Shown here piece after piece: positions 37,801-49,948 of a stretch of DNA of 64,000 bases. Location: positions 9,114,001-9,178,000 of the forward strand of contig CM102287.1 of the NCBI GenBank assembly GCA_046563655.1, read 5' to 3'. Source of the stretch: Yuukianura sp. NJ FZ-2021. Taxonomy: Eukaryota. Every line of letters starts with the position of its first letter. Within the stretch, counting starts at the first letter, position 1. The position numbers and the translations under genes are program-made. The notes under the pieces were generated by a model that searched no databases, had not been told where the DNA came from, and was given only the letters and a program-made list of their open reading frames with translations.

Positions 37801-40800
37801 ATCTGCTGTTTTGGTCATGTTTTCTAAAACATGTTTTTATAAACTTTTCAAAAGAAAAAAAACTTTCCACTGCAATTTCTTCTTGTTTTTGAAATTTTTA
37901 TGAAAAAATTAGGTTATAATTATTTCAGAGGCAATTAGGTAATGTGCTAATAATTCAAGTTAGGGTTAATTTCAAATGATAGCCGTCGTATTTATGTAGT
38001 CATAGGCGATGCTGGCTTTTTCTCTTCAGTGATTTATGCCTGCTGAGTGAATTAGGCGTTTTTCATGTTTTGGCCCACATCCGCCTTTTTCCTTACTTTC
38101 TCTTCCATGCTGTGAAGATGCACTTTCTTGACTCCCGTTTGCTCCTTTCATTTTCTTCGGACTTTTTTGGCGGGAATCTTGTTTTGTGTGTCAGAAGACC
38201 CAAGTTAGTGAGAGAAGGAAGAGATAAATGGGAGTGATGAATATGTTGTTTCCTTGGAGGGAGTAACTTGGCAGGTTGGCACTCACTTACTTTCTCCCAC
38301 TCATCCATTACCCCTCTTCTGTTCCATATCCTCTTGCATTAATAAAAAGAAAACATTTGGGAATGACAATGCTTTCTCCATCTTCAATTTGTGCTTGTCA
38401 GGTAACAATTTCATCCGGAAAAGTTTCTGTTCTGCCCTTCTGCAACTCTTTTCTTCCTCAAATTTTTCTGTTTCGTGCCTAAAACCAAAAAAATTGAAAA
38501 CAACATTTCTTTTAGAAATCTGGAAAAAGTTTGGTTAGGATTTGGATTTTTTTGACATTAGTTGTGTATTAGATTAGTCAACTTTAGTAGCCCCCCTTCA
38601 TCTGGTCCTGTCAAGATTTTGGAAAATTATCTTTCACAAACTTTCTCTTGGTAAAAGATGAATATCTTTCACTTTCTAGGAAAGTTAGGTAGGGAGCGAG
38701 GGGCTACGGAATAAGTGGGTGGGAGTCTAGTAATCAGTTGGTGGGGACGGTTTAATTACATCTGTCCATTCCGCGGTTTTAGCTTTAAACCTGCTTTTAC
38801 CACACCACCGCCAATGATTTTACTTTGTTAACTTTGTACAAGAAGAGGAGAGCAAAATTCTATAACTTTCTCTTTTGAAATTTGCCCGCCAAAATGTAGG
38901 TCGCTTTCTTACAAAAGTTCTTGGAAGAGGGAGAAAGCATATGGTTTGCCCCGAGGGGAAATTCCAAACCTCCGACCTGCTTTCAAACGGCGGCAAAAAA
39001 CGAAAATGAAAAAAGTGACGGGAACAGAAGAGTTCTTAATTCCCTGGGATCCTTTGACGAAACGGCAGCAGGAAACTTAAAATTAAAATCTGGACTTTTT
39101 AAAGATGCTTTCTTAAACAAGAGAAAAGGAGAGAACCTTTTTGTTGAGTATGAAAAAGCTTCCAGGTTTATTAAGTATGAAACGGTTCTTGGAAATTCTT
39201 GTGAGGAGAAAGTGGTGGTGAAAGGAATTGTATTTATGTCTTTGTTTCCGGAATGCTTCCTGACGCTCCTATGTTCTACTGTTTACAAGAAACAAAATTT
39301 TGGAGCTTTTTCGAAAAGTAGAGGCCGTTTTACCAAAAACGAAATTTTGGATGAAGCAAGGAAAGTTGAATTCCCAGAGGGAAAACCAAGGCTGAAGCGA
39401 TGCTGAAAATTCTTTCAATTCTTTCAGTTGAGTGAGTAGCACAAAATCCAATTTCCTATAATTGGAACTTTTTTTTTTACTAATCCTGAATTTGCTCAAT
39501 ACTTTGAACTTTTTCCCAATCCATCACTTGTCTAAAACGGATTTTAATTACAAGTCACACTACTTTGGATTAGATTCGGATTAAACTTTTAGATCAACAT
39601 TGTACTTTTTCTGGTACAAAAGTTTCAACAAGTTTTTCAATTTTTTTGAACAACTTGATTTTAGCTAACAAAAACCTACGATTGTTTGTGAGTCTGCAGA
39701 ATGAGTACAAGAATACTTCTGAAATTTGATTTTGAGGGAGCGCGGGATCATTTCATAGCAGGTTCAATTTATGAAAAAAATGTAGCTCCATTCTCTAGAG
39801 CATGTTTAGGTTGATTTCAGATCTGGGAATTTAGTGACATATAGAGAAAGGAGTTCATTAATTTTACATCATGTTGACAGGCCCTAGTTTCTCATTTGAA
39901 ATGAATAAATAATAGTAGAACGGAAACTGAAAGTGAAAGGCCGCTTTCTCTTTTCTTTTGAAACAAAACACAATTGTTAACTAGGCACAGAATTCCGGGA
40001 AGAGCGAGAATTTTAAAATTCCTGAGAAAGGAACTCGCGAATTTTTAAGTTTTAGAATTTTGAAGTACGGGCACGAACTTTTGTGCGGGCGCTTAATTAA
40101 CTGCGTTTCTTTCATGGTTTGTAAATTAAGAAAGGCTTTTCATGAATTAACACATGTAAAGCACATTACTTATCCAGCGTAACTGCCTTTGGTTTGTTTG
40201 TGGTAAAATTTTTGACCAAGATTGAAATTTTTTATTCACATTTCAAAACAGTTGAAATTTCAAACAATTTCAAAATGAAATTAAGAGAAAAATCAACTTT
40301 TTTTTAACCAAAATGAACAGAGTTTGAATTTTAATTCGGAAAAAATACTTTGACTTATAGAAACTCATTTTGGGAAAGTCTGACTCTGGAATTTGATTTT
40401 GTGAGTGGTTGAATGATTTCTTTCAATCTGAAGAAGAAAATTTGGAATTTTGAACTTTTTTGTAGAACAAGGAAAGTTAGTTTTTGAAAAGAAAAAGAAA
40501 GGATTTTTAGTTAAAATGAGAAGAATGGAAAGATTTTTGGAGCAAGAAAGGAGTAGGTCGTAAATTAAGTGGTTTAAATCTCTCCCGCGTTCTTTTATTA
40601 GTATTATATTATAGTCCTTTTTTTCAAAAACTTCAAAAAACCTAAAAAGAAGACGAAGAATGAAAAAAAAATCAGGGTTTTGGAGAAGATGAAATCTGGG
40701 TTTGTCTACCACGTTTAATTTAGCATGGGAATAGGCTATTCTCCTAACATTCAAATCTTTGCCGCCACTACGCGGTCTTAACAATTCAACTTTCTCTTTT

Positions 40801-43800
40801 TTCTTTGTTCATTTCCCACACTTTCCATTTCTTTATGACTCCCTTATCCAATTCACCTTTTGTTCCTCCTTTACTTAATGAACTGAGTTGCTTTTTTTAA
40901 GTTTTTGAAAAGAAGAAATTTTGCGCACTTCTGTCTCGAAAGATTACCATTTCAATGAAGAAGTTAACAGGAACAGAGAAGGAGTTTTAGGACTTTTTGA
41001 TGCTAATTCTTTCAAAATGCCAAAAGATCATGGACTCAATTTGCTTTGAACTGAAACTCTTTTGAATTTTTTGAAGTTTTGTTGAATAATATTCAAAAAG
41101 TTGAAATAAGCTAGAAAAGTTTTGTGTGGTATAAAAAGTTTTTGAAGTTAATTGAATTTGAGGTTTCAATTTTGAATAGTTATAAGTTTTTTGGTCCTTA
41201 GATTTGTTAATCGTTAGGTCAAAACGAGTAGTGCTGGAAGGAATATTGGAAAATAAGCTCACTTGATCTTATCAGTGAAAAGAGAAAGTCTTTTGATGAT
41301 TTCAGAAATTAGAAATTTTAAATTTCAAAAAGTATCTTAAAAGGGCCTTCCAGGCAGTGCCTGTTCTTGCACTGATTTCAAAAGAAATTTTGTAATTTTA
41401 AACACACAGAAGAAAGTTGTGGAGAAAATTATTTACTTTCTCCCGCGGCTCTAACTTTCGATTTCCAAAATTTTGAAACATTTTTTTTTGTGGTGGAACA
41501 AAGTAACCTGAGCTGGTACGGCTTTTCTCTTGACTTTGTTGTGTTAGTACAACGTTATGCTTTTGGCTCTCTAAAGTTCTAGAATTGTAGTAACTATTTT
41601 TTTTTCGTCAAAACTAGTGTTGTCGAAAAACGACCATCGGGCATTGACTTTCTTTTCTTATAGACTTATGTTTCACGTTATGTTTTTTCAGCTCTGTTGT
41701 CAGGGACACTTCGAACGTACCAGAAAGCAGCCTGCGACGAAGAGTGGTTGACACTGAGATGTCCAATGGGAACAACAATGTCAATTCAGCTGGCCCAGTA
41801 TGGCAAAGTGGCTCCAACACCAGCTCTATGTTCATCTCCGTCTTCAATTCCACATCTACTTGACCTCAATGACCCCAGAGGCAACCTAACCTGTCTCCTT
41901 CCCACTACAATTCAGGTAACTCAATACTTTTACTCCAAATTCAAAAAAAATTGTGCAGAAACAACTTTTACGAAAGAAAAGCAACTAAAACTGCCTGTGT
42001 GGTGGTGTAGAAGCTTTTTTTGAGTACAAGTGTCTAGCGTAGTTCCAGCAATGTCTTTATGGAGGAGGATTTCCGTGCCTGAGATTTTCATAAACAGAGT
42101 TTACAGGGCCATTTGCGAACTTCATCTCTTTGTTTCATTCTCTTTTTGTAGAGTGAAAGTAACTGGATTTTAGTGTTGTTGACATGCGTTTTCGTAGTAA
42201 AATTGAGTCTATTTCATCTGCGCCTCTAGTGAGAAATAAAGTGTCATAAACCTATTCCCAGTGGCACTTCAATAGACACATGGTCTATAATGTTGTGTTT
42301 CAGCAGAAAAGCAAATGGGTTGTGGGTGTATAACTTTTGAGTCATTTTTAAAGTAAACTGATTTATGGGTTCCCAAAGTATGGCTAATGGAGTTACTGCT
42401 GTTTCTTCCATAGAAATACCACCACCTGGAACACTTACACACAACTAAACTCCTCAAAAAAACTCAAAAGAAAGCCCAATTTCAAAAATCTGGGCGAAAT
42501 ATGACGTTTTGTGGTTTAAAAAACATTGATTTTCAAAAAAAGAAATCACCCACACATGCACAAACGGGGAGTGGAACATTCGAAGAGAAAATTAAAAACA
42601 GATTTGTAAGCTCTTCGCTCAATCTGTTATTTCACTGAATTCTGAAAAAAAAAAAAAAGAGAAAACCAAAACTTTTTATCTCACGGCTGTTCCAAACTCA
42701 AATGTTAAAATTCTCAACGTAAAAAGTGAAAGCAAGCTGAGAAAAATTGTGAATTGTCAAGAGTGAAACTTTTTTTTTGTGCCAAAAACAAGTTTAGCGA
42801 ATGTTGAGTTGTGAAAGTGTGATTCAATTTAGGATTGTTTGTGTTGCTGCTGAGTAAACAACGTGTTTGTTTGGAGCCAGAAGTGTAATGAATGATAAAG
42901 GACAGAAGTTATTTGCAGGCGTTTGTTCATTCCCCAGGGGCACGATGATTTAGACGTCAGCATTTCAAATAGCTTTCTCTTTTTACTACTCTCTTTAAAA
43001 AGTTGTTTCTTTAGAAGAAAGAAAAAAGGCGGGATGAGTAATGTGGTTGGAGTCAAAGGAGTAAAGCGTGAGTAGTACTCTCTGTTACAGACCGTGGTGG
43101 GGCTCTGCCAGAAGAAAGTCAGCTGTAAATTCCAAACGTCTCCAGCAACTTTTGGTGGAGATCCGTGTCCAGGAGTCGCAAGTACGTTGAAGTTGCCTAC
43201 AAATGTCGCCCAAGTAAGACTACACTAACTTTTAGTCTCTGTCTCCTTACTATACTCAAATTAACTCCATGTCTCTTCACACTCTCTTCCTTCCAACACC
43301 AACATTTCCTTACTTTCTCTGGAACGTTCAGAGAAAATGCAACGAAGGGAGCCAAAAAGTTTTTGTGACTATGAGAAGAGCACAGAGAGACTTTTTGGTC
43401 TAAACCATCTATTCAGATTCAAAAGAAAATTATTAGGCTCTCAAAGTTTACTTTTACTGCGTTCATGGATGAGAAAAAAGTTTATTGATTTTGGAAAAAT
43501 AGTAATGTTGTTGATTTGGTCAACAACAATTTTGTCAACTACAAACGTTCAACATTGTAAGTTGGACGGTGAAAACTCGCTTCCTTCTGCTGCACTTGGA
43601 AGCCTAATAAATCTGACAGTTTTCTTAAATCAAACTTTGTTTCAGAATCATTAAGTTTGGAACAGTGTTCTGGAAAACGTTCTTTGTGGAGTAAATATTT
43701 TCAAAATTTTGAAATAAACAATTAATTGAATTATAAATGATCGAAATTATGAAATTATTAATTTAGAAATTAAAACGATAACATTGTTTTCGAAATTTTT

Positions 43801-46800
43801 GTTTTTTGAAAAAACGAATTAAAACAAGATTAAAATTGGCATTGATAAAGTTTATGTTTTAAAAGTATACTTTGATATTGAGCGAATTGTTGTTGATCAA
43901 GTGACAAGTAGAAGCTGCGGATCTCTGATTTATTTTTTAAGTTTTTTTTTTGGAAGTGTGCTCCAACTGGGCCTCGAACCCTCGGACCTTAATTTCCATT
44001 TGTCAACAGTAATTGAATGAAGGGATCGCTTGCTAAGGCAGTTCATGTCTCAATTCAGTGACACTTGTCCGACTTTCTAAACTTTCTCTCCCCCATTCGT
44101 CTTCGTAAACCTAACATTGTGACATGACTTTTTTCACTTTCTAGGCGAGTTTAAGAGTGTGATCGGTTGTGAGAATGAAGTTATCCAATTGAAATGCAAC
44201 CGAAGTTCCAGAATTGCTATTTACTCGGTAAGTTATTTCTGAGCATCTCTTCACAACTTCTGAAGTTCACTTCTCAAAGTCTCCTTTGAATTATCCACTT
44301 TCTTGCTCCATTTTAAAGAGAGAGAACTTAACAATTTCAAACTTCTCTTCTTTTCCTCTGATTTTGTGTTATAGGCAAACTTTGGACGAACAGAATACGA
44401 AAGTATCCAATGCCCTCAACCCAAAGGGGTCCATGAAGAAAGTAAGTCAACTGAAAACTTCAAATTTTCGGAAAATAAATTTTCGAATTTGGGTCATACT
44501 TACACCGATTGCAGGATTGAATTTTCCCAAAACGAAAGTTGTTTGTCCACGACCAAGCCTAAAAAAAGTTCTAGAATTCCGCTCGCATTCGAAAATTCTC
44601 CCTAATTTTCAAACCTGTATGTAAAAAATTGTGCCCTAATTCTAAAAAAGTATCCTGACCAAAAAATTACGCTCCCGTGGTAAAATTTTGCTGTCATAAA
44701 GCAATTTGTGTTGTTATGCTAAAATTTTGATCTCATTCCAAAATTTGTGCTCTTGAGTTAAAATTGCCCTCTTATGTTGAAATTATGTAGTGAAAGTAAA
44801 TCAAAAACTGTCTTCTAATTTTGGATTCTGGTCTCTTTTAGCTTGTTTGTCGAGCTATGCCACTGAGACTGTGATGCAGATGTGTCATGGAAAAAGAAAA
44901 TGTGCCTTGGGAGTGGATCCAGCCACGTTTGGGAATCCATGCAAACCAGAATCAGTCATGTACCTCAAAGTCATCCATACCTGTGGTACGCCTACTTAAC
45001 TTTTCTTCATTCCAATCTACAATATCTTCATCTTAATTCATGGCAAGAGGCTTTAAGCCCCGTAACTCCAAGAGCTCTTGAATTTATTTGAGTGGAAAAC
45101 GAAGCTCGGGGAAAGCAAACCTCTCAGCACAAAAGATTCTCCCTTGAATTCCGTCTTTCTCCACCTACATCTTCTATGTAGTTACATTTCTGAAAGGCTT
45201 AAGGAGAAAGTGGGATTCCGTATGCTGAGGCAAAGTGCTGTGAACATAGAAATTAAATGGGAACGGGATTAGGAATCGTCTTTTCTTGCCCGTTTTTAGA
45301 AGAACTTCAAACTCATCAGTTTGGGACATCAAAGAGAGTCGAAGTTGTGCTCGTCTTGAGTTTTGGAGTTAAAACGAGCTCTTCCTACGCTTCCCGGGCT
45401 TTCTATTGTCTAGTTTCAAACTGAGGAAAGATGGTAATCTAAATTCAAATGCAGTTCTAGTGGCCCTTAATATGCAGTTTTCCAGTGTCTCAGAACTCTC
45501 GTCTTCCTAAACTTCACTTTCTTACTAAAATTAAACGTCTACTTAAATTAGTTATTTCAGGAAACAAAAAAATGAAGCTTGAAGGAATTAAAGTCTTTCA
45601 AGCTTCAGAAAAGTTCAAAGTAGAAAAAATGGACTCTTCAGTCGTTAGTTTTTCAACTTTCACTTAAAGCTAACTTGAAATTTTAGCTTCTCCAAAAACC
45701 TTAAAAATTGGCACAAGTAACTCGTAAAATTTTCAACAATGAACAAGCAACATTTTTTGGAAACCCCTTAAAAATCGTTTTCCTGTACTTGCAAGGAAAT
45801 TGTTGAAGTGAAAAATGAGGAAGAAAATTCAAAATTTTGAAGAATTTCATTCAGAATTGAAATTAATTCGAGTCATTTTGGAAGTTTGGGGAGAGTCTCC
45901 TCTCTCAGAGCGTTTTAGTACATTTCCAACTCGTTGAACTTGAGAGGTCGGATGGTACACTTGTAGAATTTTAAATTTCTGGAACCATCTCTCTCTCGAT
46001 TAGTAAATGATCCGGGTAACCGGGTTCCTTATCATTACCGTGTGCCTTAAGCATGCTTTCTCTTCTCAATTTCTTGAATCTTAACGACCCCACGAGGAGT
46101 CCACAGGGAGAGAAAGCACAGAAAGTTCCATTTCTTCCCAAAAGAAAAAATCTTGAGTCTCGTTTCTAAAGATTTCTTTCTTTGTTTTTTGCACGTCCGT
46201 TTTTTTAGTTCTACGCACAAAAGAAATGGAGCAGAGCTTCTGCTGACGTTGTAGCCGGTGCAAGTGGCAGAAAAAATAAAGTCTAAATCTGCGAAAAGTC
46301 CCTTGACCTGTCAATAATAATGAGTTTGCATCTCCATCTCGGTTTTTTGTGAAAAAAAAATTTGGAGTAAAAAAATAAAATGAAGGCAGAATTTATATTT
46401 GAGGAGGGAGAAAGTAAGAAAGTATTCTTTAGGAAATTATTTTTTGAGGGACAAAGTATTTTTAAATTGAACTTTTTCTTTCAAGTTTCAAGTTATTGCA
46501 GTGAAATTTTCTTGTTCATTTACAAAAGCGTGAATTGTCGTTTTTCTGGCGTCGCTGGAGTCATTAATAACTTGGGAGGCTCTTTGATTCATATCAGAAG
46601 CCGTTTGAGACTAATGGGAGTCGACTGAAATAACTTTCTCTTTTCATGTTGTTACAACGGAGAGAGAGCGGCATAAGTCTCGTTTGAATTCCTAGGTTAC
46701 GTTTTAGGTTTTGGATGGAGGCAAGCAGAGTTAATAGATTTGGGACGTTGGGAAGTGCCCTTTGACCTCGTTCTTAATTACTCACTCCTTTCTTTGTTAT

Positions 46801-49537
46801 TTTCAGTTCCCCGTAAAGTTCTCAAGGAAAAGTACCAAGGGGAACCTGAGCCGGACGAAATGTTTGAAGATGACCTGCAGGACACAGAAGACGGCACTGA
46901 GCCCGTCCTTGAGCAACCTTCCATCTACTCCCCTGATCATTCCAAAGGGTGGGCAGCCACCAGGCCAAAAACTACGCCAAAACCCCTCCAAACCCTGCTT
47001 CATCAGCCACCAGGTAAAAGGCAATGACCTTGACTTGTAATAAGCTGCTAAATTTCTTCAATTGACCTCTGTGACCTTTCTGGACTAACAAAAGCACTCG
47101 CTGCTAACTAACGCTGCGCTAACTAACACCAAAACGCAAACGCGGTTCACTTATCACGTTTTTTTCCACCAAAATTGGACAAGGTTTAATTTTTTTTGCA
47201 CTGAAAGGCACACGCGTGACAATTTTTGCACCAAAACAATTTAGGTTGACTTACTAATGAGTGATATAACAAAGGGCGAAAATGGTAGTCGACGAAATTA
47301 CTGTCGTCAGAAATGTTGTAGCCGATTTTGCCTTTTAGATTTTGAGTGCTTTTGACTAAAGTAAGCTTTCTTTTGAGCAGAAATTGTGTCAGCTTTCTTA
47401 CTGTTGTACTACACCGGCCGTTGGCAGAAGTAGCTTCACATTTCCAAGTGATGAATAGATGAACTAATTAGTCTAATTTTGAAACTTAATGAGAATTGGG
47501 CTGCTCATTTTATATGGTTCTTTGGACGACTTTCTTTTGTTTCCTCAAAAGAGGAGATTTTCAAATTTCTGAAATTTCTAAAAACGACTTTGTCACCCAA
47601 TCATTCGTTTCACAAGAGGCGTAACGCTTAAACTTATAGAATAGAAAAGCACAAAACGTTAAAGTTCCTAAATCGAATTCTAACTTATTCCAAGGAATAT
47701 GTTCCCGAGCAGTTGGAAATTAAGTTTCCTTTAGTATGCAGAAATATTTGTCTCCATTTTGTTAACATTTTGCAAATTTGGGCTTGACAAGCCCGAAATT
47801 GAAATTTTTATCTTCGAAGATCAAATTTTTAGTAAGGAAGATAACGAACCTTTAACAAGTAAAAGTGGAGAATAGAAAAAAGATGGAGATGGTTTCTCTG
47901 GTGCCATCTTGTCACTTTCTTATTTCCGAAACGTAGAAAAGGGAGAAGGGTGGATTCGTTCGTCCGCCCTCCCCCTCTTCGTGGGCCCATGACACCATAA
48001 ATCAATTGATAAGTTAAGGAGAGCCTCACTACTCGCCTGCTTCCAATGCTTCTTCACCATTAACTTTCTCCTCCACTTTCACTTCTCTCTAAAAGAAAGC
48101 CATAAAGATCCCACTTCTTCCCTCTGTGCTTTGTGTCTCCTCCACCAAAAACTTTTTGTCTCTCTTTTTCCTTGAGAAGTTGAGGATTAATAAATGAGAC
48201 TTCGGGAATTGACTATGACTTCCGACTTTCCTCCACTTCAGAGGGAAGAGGCTACCATCAGAACGAGGAGGATAGGCCAGTGGGCCAAATGCATGCTGGG
48301 ACAGGCTGGACAGGTCAAGGGTCACGGTCAGACGAAGACACTGTCAGGGTCAGGACAGGAGACGGGACGGACGGAACCCCCACACCCCCTCTCGTCACTT
48401 TCATCTCCCAAGGAATCCAGGCTTATGAGTTCATTTCTAGTAAGTTTTTGTTTTGCGCTCGGACAACCAGTCAGGGACAAACGTGACAATTCCGAATCTG
48501 CGTCAAGCGAATAATTTCCACATCAAAGCAGATGAGTTACGCTTACGAATAGAACATATTATGCAAGCGAGGTTAATGAAATGTAGAAATGTTCCTTGAA
48601 TAGACAGGAACTTAATGAAAATTGTTTTTTTTTTTTTTTTGATTTTGTTCTTTTTTTCCGGGAGGGTTTTTCGAAAAAACTTTCACTTGAACAAGTTTTT
48701 AAAAGAAAAGTCTCAGACCTCCTTTATGGAACTTATGCTGTAAAATTTACTTCGATTTTTAATCAAATTTAAGTCCTAAAATTTTAGAAATAACCTTTTA
48801 AAAAATTACAACAAAATCTCTTTACACCTATCGAACCGTTTGTGAGGCGAATATCTAAATGCAGTGATTACAGCAGATTCAATTAGTTAGGAGAAAAAAT
48901 TTGGAATGGCGCATTTCGAAGAAACAATCAAACAACGAATTTTGAAACTTTTTTTCAGGGTACGTAAATTTTGTGAAATTTTTAATGAAACTTTACTTTA
49001 TCCTAAACAGAGAATCCAGAAAAATTTTACTTGTACGTGGCCATCAGCGTAGCATCGGGTTTGCTCATGCTGGTGCTCCTCCTCCTTCTAAAAATCTGGA
49101 TTCAGCGTAACGGAACCATTTGCAGTAGAAATGACGCTGAAGGGAGTGGGCAGCGATGCGCTGGAAGCACTGGAGACTGCTCCAGCAAACCGTCCTCGTC
49201 GTCCGTCGCTCCCCTCACTTCCGGCATCAGTGATATCGACGACTTGAGTTTAATTCACGAGTTCAATGACCCCCGCAGTGGCAGTGACCTCCATGACCTC
49301 CACTCCATTCTGCGCAGACCCAATGCTTCAGAAGAACTGTTTCCTCTAGCATCTACACATACCCTGCCACGCAACAGTTCTTGTACACCCAGTACCACAA
49401 TAAGTGGTAGAACTAATGAAGTAGTTAGGTTCTCAAATAATGTTATTCAGCATCATCCAGAAGAAACTGACATCAATCCAAGGAGTCTCAATCCACATAG
49501 AGTCTCTGCAAGTAACCTCCATTTCTACTATGGCTAA
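4817..49537 (+). CDS. eva-1: EVA-1 homolog (Slit/Robo co-receptor family): signal peptide, two SUEL/galactose-binding lectin domains, single TM helix; ~546 aa if one missing base is restored
   Basis: Coding exons 4817-4883 (alternative in-frame ATG at 4766), 41692-41915, 43091-43213, 44145-44227, 44375-44441, 44842-44985, 46807-47013, 48242-48439 and 49011-49537. All introns are GT-AG with matching phases once the exon-3 base is restored. Protein: MKILAWTSLISVTSVVVFADNL-ALLSGTLRTYQKAACDEEWLTLRCP...FGGDPCPG(x)RKYVEVAYKCRP-SEFKSVIGCENE...CHGKRKC...FGNPC...YLKVIHTC-VPRKVL...EKFYLYVAISVASGLLMLVLLLLL...HFYYG. Frameshift in exon 3 near 43170-43177. Confidence 0.9.
4884..41691 (+). other. 36.8-kb first coding intron of eva-1
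   Basis: Phase-1 donor TTGG|GTAAGG at 4883/4884 joins acceptor TTTTTTCAG|CT at 41691/41692, giving ...ADNL-A-LLSGTLRTYQ. No credible protein-coding ORF was found inside. Confidence 0.8.
29992..30322 (+). repeat. Array of ~12 degenerate AAATTCGTCGAACCCC motifs with variable A-rich spacers
   Basis: Motif ends at about 30008, 30032, 30060, 30091, 30122, 30152, 30181, 30212, 30243, 30274, 30297 and 30322. The copies ending at 30181, 30212, 30243 and 30322 are degenerate. Confidence 0.8.
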
Positions 49538-49948
49538 AATCTCACACTAAAAAAGAACCACACACTTAATTAATCTCAACTAATATTACAGAATGTGCTA
49601 AAATTATTATCACTTTATAGATATTATACAAACCAAAGGTATACTATAGTACTTAAGATACAAAGCCAAGGAATCTAATCTACTTAAAAGTTAAGGCGAT
49701 GAGTTCAAAACGTTGGTGGCTGTACGCATGCGTGCAGGACACTAAAACTTAACGGCTTCACACTTAATATCGACCTCAGTTATGTTGACTTAATATTTTA
49801 AATTATATTAATTGCTTTTGTCATTTTCCTCTAGTCAGGGAGAGCCAATGGAAGTTTAAAAAAAAAATTAAAGTTTTTGTTTTTCAAAATGTGTGTCACG
49901 GGAATACCGAAAGTACAACCAGGGGTTAGCGTTTGGTTTTCGAAATTT

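Noticed and set aside
38921..39406. 161-aa ORF in the long intron
   Set aside because: Non-ATG start, no recognisable domain, and composition typical of AT-rich non-coding DNA.
43958..43990. tRNA-like 3' half on the minus strand (GGTTCGAGGCCC...TGGAGCA)
   Set aside because: The T-stem pairs poorly and no matching 5' acceptor strand, D-arm or anticodon arm is present. At most a tRNA/SINE relic.
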